Translations under genes and position numbers: made by a program
Virus record (IMG/VR): IMGVR_UViG_3300028920_000022
Location: 248,001-312,000 of that record
Direction: 5' to 3' (one strand)
Length of the DNA: 64,000 bases
Part shown: positions 18,460 to 26,833 of the stretch, piece by piece
How positions within the stretch are numbered: the stretch's first letter is position 1
Layout: each line of letters begins with the position of its first letter
Notes under the pieces: generated by a model
What the model saw: the letters and a program-made list of their open reading frames with translations, nothing else
Told to the model about the DNA's origin: nothing
Database searches by the model: none

Positions 18460-19329
18460 ATGAAAGATTACGAGTTAGAGATTATTAGCAGAGAGAGAAC
18501 TAATAAGAAATTAAAGAAATATAGAATAAATGGAAATGACACGGTAGGGGTTTATGAGAATGAGCCTTTCTCTGTACGTTTTAAAAACAACACTTGTCAT
18601 AAAGTACAGGTTAGGTTATCTGTTGATGGAACCGATGTATTAACTGGAAAACCAGCTCATACTGACGCTACTGGACAAATGTGGGTTGTAAGCCCTTATT
18701 CAGATCTGGAATTGAAGGCTTGGCCAGAAACTACACGGGGTGGGGCTGAGTTTTTATTTGGTAAAACATCTGATAGTGTAGCAGCAAACACTCACGGCAT
18801 TATGAATGGTCAAGGTATTATTGCAGCTGCCGTTTTTGTTGAAAATAATCAATTTGTTTTTGATGGTGGCGATTTAATAATTCGTACTACTGATGTTACC
18901 TATCCTAAACCTATTCTTACTTGGGAAACCACCACCTGTAGAGGAATGGGAAACACAGCTAATAAGTTTACTTTTTCGGATAGTTCTCTTTATTGTAGCA
19001 CACAAAGTTGCGATTATATAGATCCAGTTATAGAGAGTAAGCCGGCTGTTGGAGCTGGTGGTTTTGTAGACCAGGAAATTACTAAAACTGCTGGTTTATA
19101 TACTCCGGTTTTAGATAAAATCGTGCAAGTAAAATATGAATGGTGGACAAGTCTTAAATCTAAATTAAGAAAACATCCAGTTTCTTATAATACAGCATTT
19201 CCCGGGGATTCTGAAAAAATAATGAGTTTGGGAGCAACCCCAAGAAAACAAAGAAATCGTCGTCGTCGAGGGTCAAAACGCATTTCTCCAGAAAAGAAAT
19301 ATAAAGAGTTTAATCGTTTTATGGCATGA
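18460..19329 (+). CDS. Conserved hypothetical protein
   Basis: ENEPFSVRFKNN...VRLSVDGTDVLTG...GIIAAAVFVE resembles a widespread uncharacterised bacterial family (from memory). Confidence 0.55.
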   Translation: MKDYELEIISRERTNKKLKKYRINGNDTVGVYENEPFSVRFKNNTCHKVQVRLSVDGTDVLTGKPAHTDATGQMWVVSPYSDLELKAWPETTRGGAEFLFGKTSDSVAANTHGIMNGQGIIAAAVFVENNQFVFDGGDLIIRTTDVTYPKPILTWETTTCRGMGNTANKFTFSDSSLYCSTQSCDYIDPVIESKPAVGAGGFVDQEITKTAGLYTPVLDKIVQVKYEWWTSLKSKLRKHPVSYNTAFPGDSEKIMSLGATPRKQRNRRRRGSKRISPEKKYKEFNRFMA

Positions 19330-19749
19330 ATGCGCAAAAAGACAGGAATATTTACACCTAAAAGACCTAAGATTCAATGTGAAGTATGCGGAGAATCAGA
19401 TTCTTCCATATTAGAACGTCATCATATTATTGAGCGTACAGATCTCAACTGTACCAATGATGATTTTAACATAGCTATTTTGTGCCCTTCGTGTCACACC
19501 AAGCTGCACACAGGAAGGCTCAAGATAATAGGCGTATATCCAGGAACCCGTCCACCTACTGGGCGGGTTTTGGTATATGAACTAGATGGGGTGAAAAACC
19601 TTGATTTAGATGAGGCTTATTTTATCCCAAAACCAACTTTTATGAAAGTACCGGAAAATGACAGACCTACACAAGATGATCAACGAAATGGCGGAGAGGG
19701 AGAAGGATCCCAGAGCAACGGCAGCTTCCGAAGCAAAGTCAAGAGCTAG
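19330..19749 (+). CDS. HNH endonuclease
   Basis: CEVCG...ERHHIIE...NIAILCPSCHTKLH: CxxC, HH, N, CxxCH. Confidence 0.85.
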   Translation: MRKKTGIFTPKRPKIQCEVCGESDSSILERHHIIERTDLNCTNDDFNIAILCPSCHTKLHTGRLKIIGVYPGTRPPTGRVLVYELDGVKNLDLDEAYFIPKPTFMKVPENDRPTQDDQRNGGEGEGSQSNGSFRSKVKS

Positions 19750-19969
19750 TTTATTAGCGGTTGCCAAAACCATGGGGTGTGAGGGAGAATTGCGTCAAAT
19801 AATGACTAAATATGATGAGAAACTAAAGCGTTGTACTAACCCTTGGGAACGTAAACATATTGCTGTTGCCGGCATTATGGAGGTTAATAAACTGTTGGGC
19901 TGCCCTGGAGGGGTGGCAGTAAATGGGGTTACGGTTGTTCCTGCCGATCCAGGATTTAAAGAAGAATAG
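19658..19969 (+). CDS. Hypothetical protein
   Basis: 103 aa ORF overlapping the HNH 3' end by 92 nt. Confidence 0.55.
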   Translation: MTDLHKMINEMAEREKDPRATAASEAKSRASLLAVAKTMGCEGELRQIMTKYDEKLKRCTNPWERKHIAVAGIMEVNKLLGCPGGVAVNGVTVVPADPGFKEE

Positions 19970-20011
19970 TACCTATCTATTAAATCGTATTATCCTGGAA
20001 AGAAAGGAAAT

Positions 20012-20251
20012 ATGGTTATGGATAGTTCAAGTAAGTTTAATGGCGTGGTAATATGGTTCAATCCATCGCGTGGTTATGGCTTTATTAAGCGAGAAGGTGA
20101 AGAAGATTTATTTGTTCATTTTTCCGATATAGTTTGTGACGGCTTTAAAACCTTGAAAAAAGGACAGGTCGTAGAATATGGCTTGGGTACCAATAATAAA
20201 GGTGATCCCAAAGCGATTGAGGTTGAAGTAATTGGCGACCAAAACGAATAG
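20012..20251 (+). CDS. cspA: Cold-shock domain protein (CspA family)
   Basis: GVVIWFNPSRGYGFI (RNP1), DLFVHFSDI (RNP2), GFKTLKKGQVVEY. Confidence 0.92.
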   Translation: MVMDSSSKFNGVVIWFNPSRGYGFIKREGEEDLFVHFSDIVCDGFKTLKKGQVVEYGLGTNNKGDPKAIEVEVIGDQNE

Positions 20252-20609
20252 AGAATTTTGGGTTACTAATATCTCTAAAAAGAATGTAAGCTTAAGAGAT
20301 TTGAGATTAACAATCCCCGCTCTTACTCATATGAATCTTTTGGATTCTAGACATTTTCATTATAATCTAGAACAATTAGAAAACTCTAAAAAATCTGGCT
20401 CTTTATATAAAAAAAGCCATATGATAAAGGTGCGTGAAGTGCCTCCAGGTTTGCCTCCCGTAAAACCGGGAATTTATGTAAGTAAAACACCTTTGTATAT
20501 GGCAGAAAACCCTGATCTATCTAGAATAGTAATCAAGGAAGAATATTATAAAGAGTTGGATGTTTCAGATGAAGAGTTTGCGGAAGAAATGACCACAGAT
20601 GAGGAATAA
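20232..20609 (+). CDS. Hypothetical protein, similar to the N-terminal part of the 9553 ORF
   Basis: FWVTNISKKN...I...NLL...SGSL compared with FKVRNTAPGN...I...DLL...KGNL. Confidence 0.55.
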   Translation: MATKTNREFWVTNISKKNVSLRDLRLTIPALTHMNLLDSRHFHYNLEQLENSKKSGSLYKKSHMIKVREVPPGLPPVKPGIYVSKTPLYMAENPDLSRIVIKEEYYKELDVSDEEFAEEMTTDEE

Positions 20610-20617
20610 CCCGGCAT
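20605..20617 (+). promoter_or_regulatory. Candidate late promoter AATA-N5-GCAT
   Basis: AATA ACCCG GCAT, 6 nt before ATG 20624; no SD sequence in between. Confidence 0.5.
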
Positions 20618-20623
20618 TGTTGT

Positions 20624-20974
20624 ATGGCAACCTCTTTATTCGCAAATCCCGGACAAACCATTAAATTAGTTATTGAAACCTTAAATGCTAATGGTTCTAG
20701 GGCGGATGGTTATGCTGATGGCTATGCTACCCCCATTATAAGTACATTCTATCTGGTTTCTGGTGCTGCCGCTTCCGGATTCCCCCAGACTATGACTCAG
20801 CTGGAGACGGGAGTATATTACCATTCTGTCACCTTGCCTTCTGGCACTAATGGGATCGGTACCTTTATTGCCAACGCAGCATGGAATCAGCCCGGTACAG
20901 GCTTGTCTAGAAATGAGTTGTTTATCATTAATTCAGCGTTACCCTTTGGTAATACTACAGTGAATTTAGGATGA
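20624..20974 (+). CDS. Small Ig-like putative virion protein
   Basis: 116 aa, resembles the N-terminal domain of the 22934 ORF; DGYADGY. Confidence 0.55.
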   Translation: MATSLFANPGQTIKLVIETLNANGSRADGYADGYATPIISTFYLVSGAAASGFPQTMTQLETGVYYHSVTLPSGTNGIGTFIANAAWNQPGTGLSRNELFIINSALPFGNTTVNLG

Positions 20975-21708
20975 TTAATTGTTTGGATAAGTTAGTTCGT
21001 TTAGCCTCTGTTTTTCACAAATACGCCACCGAACGTACCCTATATCACGGTACTTCTATTAATCGTGCTCGTAAAATTGCCAAACAAGGACTGATCCCTC
21101 AAGTAGGATCGTGGGTCTCAGATTCGTATGGAATGGATTATGATCTCGATCCAGAAGGTGAAGATTATGAGGGCATGTACGAAAAACCTACCTTTGATAT
21201 AGTCTTTGCCGCCGATAAACAAGAACTTAGCAAAGCTTTGGGCGGCATGATCGCTACTATTGCTGCCGACTCTGGAAAATCGTTCCATGAGGTTACTGAC
21301 GAGGAAATTAGACAACAAGGTGCCCTTTTGATAATGCGTGAAGCTACCGGGTATGATGATTGGAAACATGTCCCAAAATCTGAAAAAGGACGTGAACAGT
21401 GGGAACGTGAACAGTGGGAAGAAGGTAAAACCTACCCTACCGCTGAACCAGGAGATTGGATTAGCGAAGAACAACAAGACGTGGATATCGTTTTAACCGG
21501 TGAATCCATGATTCGTAAATTGCGTCAAGCTGGCGCTTGGCCTAGAGATTGGGGACCAAATCAAACAAAAAATCGCCGTGAAATCTTAATAAAATTGTTA
21601 AAACAACATCACCCAAATGCCTCCATAAATCAAATAATTCAACGTGTCGATTCTTTGTCCCCTAAAGAACGTGAGTACTATTATTTGCAAGCTAGAAAAA
21701 ACAATTAG
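20971..21708 (+). CDS. ADP-ribosyltransferase-fold protein (putative)
   Basis: TLYHGTS...KIAKQGLIP matches the first strand/helix pattern of ART-superfamily (PARP-like / Tpt1-KptA-like) domains. Confidence 0.55.
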   Translation: MINCLDKLVRLASVFHKYATERTLYHGTSINRARKIAKQGLIPQVGSWVSDSYGMDYDLDPEGEDYEGMYEKPTFDIVFAADKQELSKALGGMIATIAADSGKSFHEVTDEEIRQQGALLIMREATGYDDWKHVPKSEKGREQWEREQWEEGKTYPTAEPGDWISEEQQDVDIVLTGESMIRKLRQAGAWPRDWGPNQTKNRREILIKLLKQHHPNASINQIIQRVDSLSPKEREYYYLQARKNN

Positions 21709-21824
21709 TTCCTTAACTCTCTTCCTATCTAAATAAATCGTAGCATCCTTATATAAAAATTGCTTTATAGATTATATAAATGCTAGAATTAAAAAGCGTT
21801 GAGTGAATATTATTTTCGAATGGT

Positions 21825-22820
21825 CTAGTATACGTCTTCCTGATTTTCTTGCTCATCGCTAATGTATACGGGGGTGTGATAAACGATTTGTGAATACAGA
21901 AATCTTTTCGGATCATGCTCTATTGTATATTGTATCACGTTATGAATTTGCTTTTCTGTGGGTTTTCTATTTTTAATTTTCTCTATATAATTTAAAGGAA
22001 CGGTAATAAGGTTTGGATATAATTCTTGTCCAGTGGATAAAGCCTTGGCGACAAATACATCATTAGCATCAGTTTCTCTACCATCGGGCCAATGAACTAG
22101 CCAGTTTCCCCAGTCCTCATTTCCAAGTTTTCGCACCCACTCGCCATGATATTTTTGCAGGTATTTTTCGGCAGAATATAGCGTGGTCCCATTTGGAAGC
22201 TGAGATGGGTTTGTTCCCTTTGGAATGGCGCTCCGTATCTTCGTTCTTCCAGCTTCGTATTCGTTTTTGTTTTTAATTTGTTTAATCGCATTCTCTCTTA
22301 AAGAACTGAGAAAACGATCCTCCCCAAAACCAAACTGACCAAAAAGCAATGAATAGTTATGTTTCCAGCTATTAAATTCAACGAACCTTATCCAACCTCT
22401 TTTCGCATCTTCAATAAAGCGTTGCGTTTGTTCTTTGGTTTTTTCTTTTTTTTCTTTGTCGGCTTCTTCTCTATTCGATAGCCGCTCTATACTTAGCATA
22501 AATCTTTCATATTCTGCTTTTCGTTTTTTAGGGTCTTTTTCATCTATTATTTCAATAGTGGCATGAACCCAAGATGGAGCTTCTTTATCAACCGGAGGAA
22601 ATCCAATGGTCTTCCTGGCTTGGTGCATATCATCAACGGTTAGACCGCCGCTCCCAAAAGCATCACCTATCGTCTTGCGGTCCATTTGTTCAAAAAGCCA
22701 CAAGACCGCCTTCTTATCAGATTGCTCTTTTTGTTTTTTTTTCTTAAATTCTGATAAATCGACCACTGCCAGTTTGTCAAAGCGTGAGGCTAGAGTTAAT
22801 ATTTTGCTATAAACACGCAT
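21825..22820 (-). CDS. Hypothetical protein with N-terminal LASxFxKxA peptide
   Basis: 331 aa, the only long ORF over this interval; has its own copy of the promoter motif 9 nt upstream. Confidence 0.7.
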   Translation of the reverse strand: MRVYSKILTLASRFDKLAVVDLSEFKKKKQKEQSDKKAVLWLFEQMDRKTIGDAFGSGGLTVDDMHQARKTIGFPPVDKEAPSWVHATIEIIDEKDPKKRKAEYERFMLSIERLSNREEADKEKKEKTKEQTQRFIEDAKRGWIRFVEFNSWKHNYSLLFGQFGFGEDRFLSSLRENAIKQIKNKNEYEAGRTKIRSAIPKGTNPSQLPNGTTLYSAEKYLQKYHGEWVRKLGNEDWGNWLVHWPDGRETDANDVFVAKALSTGQELYPNLITVPLNYIEKIKNRKPTEKQIHNVIQYTIEHDPKRFLYSQIVYHTPVYISDEQENQEDVY

Positions 22821-22841
22821 CTTTCAAAGATGCGTGTTTAT
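22809..22841. repeat. Perfect palindrome (16-bp arms) forming a face-to-face pair of promoter motifs
   Basis: ATAAACACGCATCTTT-C-AAAGATGCGTGTTTAT; contains TATA-AACAC-GCAT on + (22808-22820) and AATA-AACAC-GCAT on - (22842-22830). Confidence 0.8.
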
Positions 22842-22842
22842 T
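22830..22842 (-). promoter_or_regulatory. Candidate late promoter AATA-N5-GCAT (minus strand)
   Basis: Exact motif, 9 nt before the minus-strand ATG at 22820. Confidence 0.55.
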
Positions 22843-22933
22843 GGTTATTTACATTCGTATAATGTGTGCCTTATAAGCTTTATATCGTTATTGCTTCTCA
22901 TGCGCTTATATATCACTTAAAACGCATTTTAGC

Positions 22934-23830
22934 ATGGTGTTACGATCTAGAGGCGAATTCGCCAACCAAACCGATACAATTCAGCTGCGAGCAGAGTTTC
23001 GTGGACCTGATGGCACCCGAACAGATCTCGATAGTTATCCGCAATTTAGTGTAATGCAACCTTCAGGAAACGTAGCTCTGGAGCCTACTACCGCTGGAGT
23101 CTATCGAATCAGTGAGGGACTGTATGGGTTTGATTATGAGATTTGTTACAACTGTCCAATCGGCGTATATACAGATGTTTGGAGCGGTACTTTAACCGGT
23201 CTTACGGTCTATCAGACAGGTAACTTTGTGGTCCAGAATACTCAGTTGCCGGCGATTCCTACAGATGGCTATCGGCACCTTGGGGATGATGTACCATTTA
23301 ATTATTCGCAAAATGCCCTTTTAAATGTGAATAAAGTTATCAAAGTCATGAGGGCACGGTTAAATAGTCAGGGGAAAGCGAGGGTGAAAGATGAGTATGG
23401 CAATGTTAAATACATCGATTGTGATATTTATACTGTTCCTCAATTGGCTACTTTTGCGGGTACTGCGATAACTGCTTTTAATGAAATTCCACACTTTACT
23501 TGGTTTAATTGGGAAGATACAGAATTCGTGGATGAGTTCTTAGAGGTTTTGGCTCAGTACGCGGTGATCATGGCGCTGGCTTCGAAGGTGATGTTGGAGA
23601 GAGGGCGTGAGTTTGATATTACCGATAATGGTACCTCTTTTCGTCCTCCGGGTGTTTCGGATGTGCTGCAAACTCAGTATACGACGGAGTTGAATAATTG
23701 GTTTGAGAAGATAAAACTTATCAAAGCTAACACTAAACCGATGGGGCTAGGGTTAGGAACACTACGCCCCATGCAAACGCACCCTAGCTTCATGCGGCTT
23801 AGGCATCTCAGAGCGCGCAGGATATTCTAA
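22934..23830 (+). CDS. Head-tail adaptor / neck protein (putative)
   Basis: N-terminal Ig-like domain plus helical C-terminal domain (VIMALASKVMLERGREFDITDNGTSF...KP.GLG) typical of head completion proteins; position between head and tail modules. Confidence 0.6.
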   Translation: MVLRSRGEFANQTDTIQLRAEFRGPDGTRTDLDSYPQFSVMQPSGNVALEPTTAGVYRISEGLYGFDYEICYNCPIGVYTDVWSGTLTGLTVYQTGNFVVQNTQLPAIPTDGYRHLGDDVPFNYSQNALLNVNKVIKVMRARLNSQGKARVKDEYGNVKYIDCDIYTVPQLATFAGTAITAFNEIPHFTWFNWEDTEFVDEFLEVLAQYAVIMALASKVMLERGREFDITDNGTSFRPPGVSDVLQTQYTTELNNWFEKIKLIKANTKPMGLGLGTLRPMQTHPSFMRLRHLRARRIF

Positions 23831-23831
23831 T

Positions 23832-24095
23832 ATGGACAAAAAGCAATTAAAAGCCCAGCGCAAGAAAGAGCGCAACGACAGAATTCGGGAAATTGATCGT
23901 ATGAAATGGACCCATGAATGGGTATCCACACAAGTGTACAGTCTAAACGGAACCCGAATGCAAAATACCAATATACATTGCAAAAAGTGTGGGATGGGTT
24001 TATATAATTTCAGAGTAAGACCAATGTCATGTTCAGATGTAGCCGTGCATGACGTAATATCTTCAGAACCGGATTTGGGACACATAGGAATTTAA
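23832..24095 (+). CDS. Small putative zinc-binding protein
   Basis: HCKKCG and a later Cys/His; basic N-terminus. Confidence 0.5.
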   Translation: MDKKQLKAQRKKERNDRIREIDRMKWTHEWVSTQVYSLNGTRMQNTNIHCKKCGMGLYNFRVRPMSCSDVAVHDVISSEPDLGHIGI

Positions 24096-24601
24096 TGGTT
24101 GATCGTAAAACACAACTAAAAATCATCCAAGCATTGAAGGATAAGATCCGAGATCATGAGACTGTAAAGGACATGTTTAAAGAACATGGTGTGGACTTGT
24201 CAGAGATTGATTTAATTCCAATGGCGTTTGATGAAGATTTGGATGTTTCTGCGAGAACCGATCATGGCATAATCTATCTCAATGCAAAGCTATTAAAGGA
24301 CGATAAGATTTCTACGGACGATCATTATTTGGTGCATGAGATAACGCATTTTCTTCAACAGACCTGTGGTGACAAGCCTACTACTGGCGGCGGCAGTGGG
24401 GAAGATTATGTAACGAACAAGTATGAGGTAGAGGGGTTTCAGAATCAAACCGAGTATATTTCTGACGAATATGGGGATGAAGCTGCTGAAAAGTATGTAG
24501 ATCGGGTATTAGATCATCATAATTTAAGAGGGAAGAAGCGGGAAGACAGGAAAGATGTTTTGCTTCAATTAGCTTCGCGACTGGACAAGAATGCCTTGTA
24601 A
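24095..24601 (+). CDS. Zinc metallopeptidase-like protein (HExxH)
   Basis: IIYLN...YLVHEITHFLQQ...YVTNKYEVEGF, a zincin HExxH plus downstream Glu pattern. Confidence 0.7.
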   Translation: MVDRKTQLKIIQALKDKIRDHETVKDMFKEHGVDLSEIDLIPMAFDEDLDVSARTDHGIIYLNAKLLKDDKISTDDHYLVHEITHFLQQTCGDKPTTGGGSGEDYVTNKYEVEGFQNQTEYISDEYGDEAAEKYVDRVLDHHNLRGKKREDRKDVLLQLASRLDKNAL

Positions 24602-26195
24602 CATTACTCAGCCAACCTATGTACCTCCTTACAAAAGAGGATTACGTGTGGTCAACTCTGAGGGAGATGGCTATTCTATAAATGTATTTTGGTACAAGGC
24701 ATATGCGTCGGTAAATGGTTATTCAATTGCTTATAACATTTATTATTCTACCGAACCGGACGAGAATGTATTTGAAGAAGGTCCAAAATACGTTTCCACT
24801 AACACTTCTGGATTGACGGCATTATTGAAGGATTTTACACCTGGAGATGTGTATTACTTTGCTGTACGGGCGATGCAATATGACACATCCTGGTTTGATA
24901 TTTCCGAGTTAGCCAGTGGTGGAGACGGATATTTACACACATATCCTGAGGCATTATTATCGGCTGATATTACTGATAGCAGCGCAATTATACCCATAAC
25001 CGATATTCAATTATTTCCTGAATATGGGGCAATTCAAGTAGGGGCGGAATGGATTCGTTATACTGGGCGGAATGTCACTGACGGATATTTATCTGGGGTT
25101 ACACGGGGGTGGTTAGGAACGGATGCCAGGTTACACACCACTGATGGATATGACGGATATATTCAGAGGGATCCTATAATTAGGTTTTTCAAAGGATTAG
25201 AGGACAATAATCATTTTATAAACCAGGAAACCAGCACATTTCAAAATTACAACATATTCACGGCAACTGACGGATATATGACAAAAGATCGGGTGGGGAT
25301 ATTAACCACTGATTTATCTGCCAGTGATGAGGATCGGGTAGATTTTCGGAGTTATGATTATGCTGGTTGGCACAGGACAAACCCGACGCTTTTATTTCAG
25401 GGACAATGTTTAGACACCTACATTGGTGGTGAACATTTCTGTGCGGATGGATATGAAGGAGTTGGCAGAACGGTGCGCAATTTGTCTTTCTCGGAGCAAG
25501 CTGACAGGCGAGAGGAGATGTTAATTGAGCAAACGGGTGTTCCGGTGGTATTGGTACAACGGTTGTGGGATGGTATTGTTTGTAGTTGTTACGAGCCGGG
25601 GCGCGAGTCTCCCGAGCACCGGTGCCCAATTTGTTTAGGGAGCGGCTATATAGGGGGCTATCAGCAATACTTTAATCCACGGCGAAGCGATGGTAGGATT
25701 TTTGTTAGTTTAAATCCATACAACGAAGATTTAAAGGTAGAGGATGGCGGATTAGAGTCTTATGTAATTTACGATGCTTGGACTTTAACGGTTCCCACGG
25801 TACGGGATCGGGATTTTATTATTCGATTTAATTTGGATGGAACCGAAGAATTTCGATATGAGTTATTGGATGTAACTCGGAACACACTATTGTACGGAGA
25901 ATCTGGGAAGCAGAATTTCAAAGCACAACGTGTACGGAAGACTGATCCGATTTACATGTGGCGGGCGATTCGTAACACTGCCACCTTCCCTAGCGATTTA
26001 ACTACTACTGTGGGGTTATTGAGGGGACCGAATGGGGCAGTTATACCGCATACTCATCATGTGGTGATTAATGAGAATATTACATCTGTGGTACAAATAA
26101 ATCAAACTACCAGTCAAGATTCTGACCATTCGCATCCAGTAATTAACGGAGTTGTGCAGGTAGTGTTGGGACACACGCATGGTTTGACATTGTAA
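24591..26195 (+). CDS. Neck / head-closure protein with FN3-like N-terminus, Cys finger and HxH tail
   Basis: INVFW...YNIYYS...YYFAVRA (FN3-like); CSC...CPICLGSGYIGGY; C-terminal HTHH/HSH/HTH; 7 DGY. Confidence 0.6.
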   Translation: MPCNITQPTYVPPYKRGLRVVNSEGDGYSINVFWYKAYASVNGYSIAYNIYYSTEPDENVFEEGPKYVSTNTSGLTALLKDFTPGDVYYFAVRAMQYDTSWFDISELASGGDGYLHTYPEALLSADITDSSAIIPITDIQLFPEYGAIQVGAEWIRYTGRNVTDGYLSGVTRGWLGTDARLHTTDGYDGYIQRDPIIRFFKGLEDNNHFINQETSTFQNYNIFTATDGYMTKDRVGILTTDLSASDEDRVDFRSYDYAGWHRTNPTLLFQGQCLDTYIGGEHFCADGYEGVGRTVRNLSFSEQADRREEMLIEQTGVPVVLVQRLWDGIVCSCYEPGRESPEHRCPICLGSGYIGGYQQYFNPRRSDGRIFVSLNPYNEDLKVEDGGLESYVIYDAWTLTVPTVRDRDFIIRFNLDGTEEFRYELLDVTRNTLLYGESGKQNFKAQRVRKTDPIYMWRAIRNTATFPSDLTTTVGLLRGPNGAVIPHTHHVVINENITSVVQINQTTSQDSDHSHPVINGVVQVVLGHTHGLTL

Positions 26196-26198
26196 TGT

Positions 26199-26807
26199 AT
26201 GTGTAGTGTTTTATTAAAATGTGCTAGATTGTATGTAAAATCGATTTGGCAAGGTCGCAAAGATTACCGGTGGGCGCCTGGTCATTTTACTGATCAACCC
26301 TGGTGGGAGAAATATGTATCCCACATTCCGCAGAAGCGTTATTGGGGAAAAAAAGCTTCTGGTATGTTATTTTTATGTAGAGAAGATGGCACTTTGTTAT
26401 TACTTAAGCGTTCTAGAAATGTAGAGGATCCCGGAACATGGGGTGTTCCGGGTGGAGCAATAGGTGAAGGTTTTTCACATATTGAGCATGGAGAGAAGGA
26501 TCCTGAGAACAAGACATTTTTAGAATCTGCTCTTAAAGAGACTCAGGAAGAGTTGGGCACCATACCCAGAGTGGGCACTTTATTGGGTACAACCAATTTT
26601 AGGGATGGTGATTTTACATATCGCACATATATATACGACATTCCATTACAGGAAAAAGAAAGGTTTAGCAAGCAGATTGTATTGAATTGGGAGAATGATT
26701 ATTGGACATGGTTTAAGTTTGAGGATTTACCCACCAATTTGCACAAAGGTGTTATTTTTGCTCTCAATCAGATGATCAAAAAAACGGACATGGATGAAGA
26801 AAGCTAA
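26199..26807 (+). CDS. NUDIX hydrolase
   Basis: LLLLKRS...GTWGVPGG...ESALKETQEELG...WFKFEDLP, a Nudix box with an internal insertion. Confidence 0.85.
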   Translation: MCSVLLKCARLYVKSIWQGRKDYRWAPGHFTDQPWWEKYVSHIPQKRYWGKKASGMLFLCREDGTLLLLKRSRNVEDPGTWGVPGGAIGEGFSHIEHGEKDPENKTFLESALKETQEELGTIPRVGTLLGTTNFRDGDFTYRTYIYDIPLQEKERFSKQIVLNWENDYWTWFKFEDLPTNLHKGVIFALNQMIKKTDMDEES

Positions 26808-26833
26808 TATTTAGCTATATTTGTAGGTTAATT

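Noticed and set aside
17344-19749. Complete DNA phosphorothioation (dnd/ssp) system
   Set aside because: Only the cysteine desulfurase is present; no DndC/D/E or Ssp-like genes were recognised nearby.
22858-22863. Sigma70 promoter from TATAAT
   Set aside because: No credible -35 hexamer at 16-18 nt spacing; the palindromic phage-type motif explains the region better.
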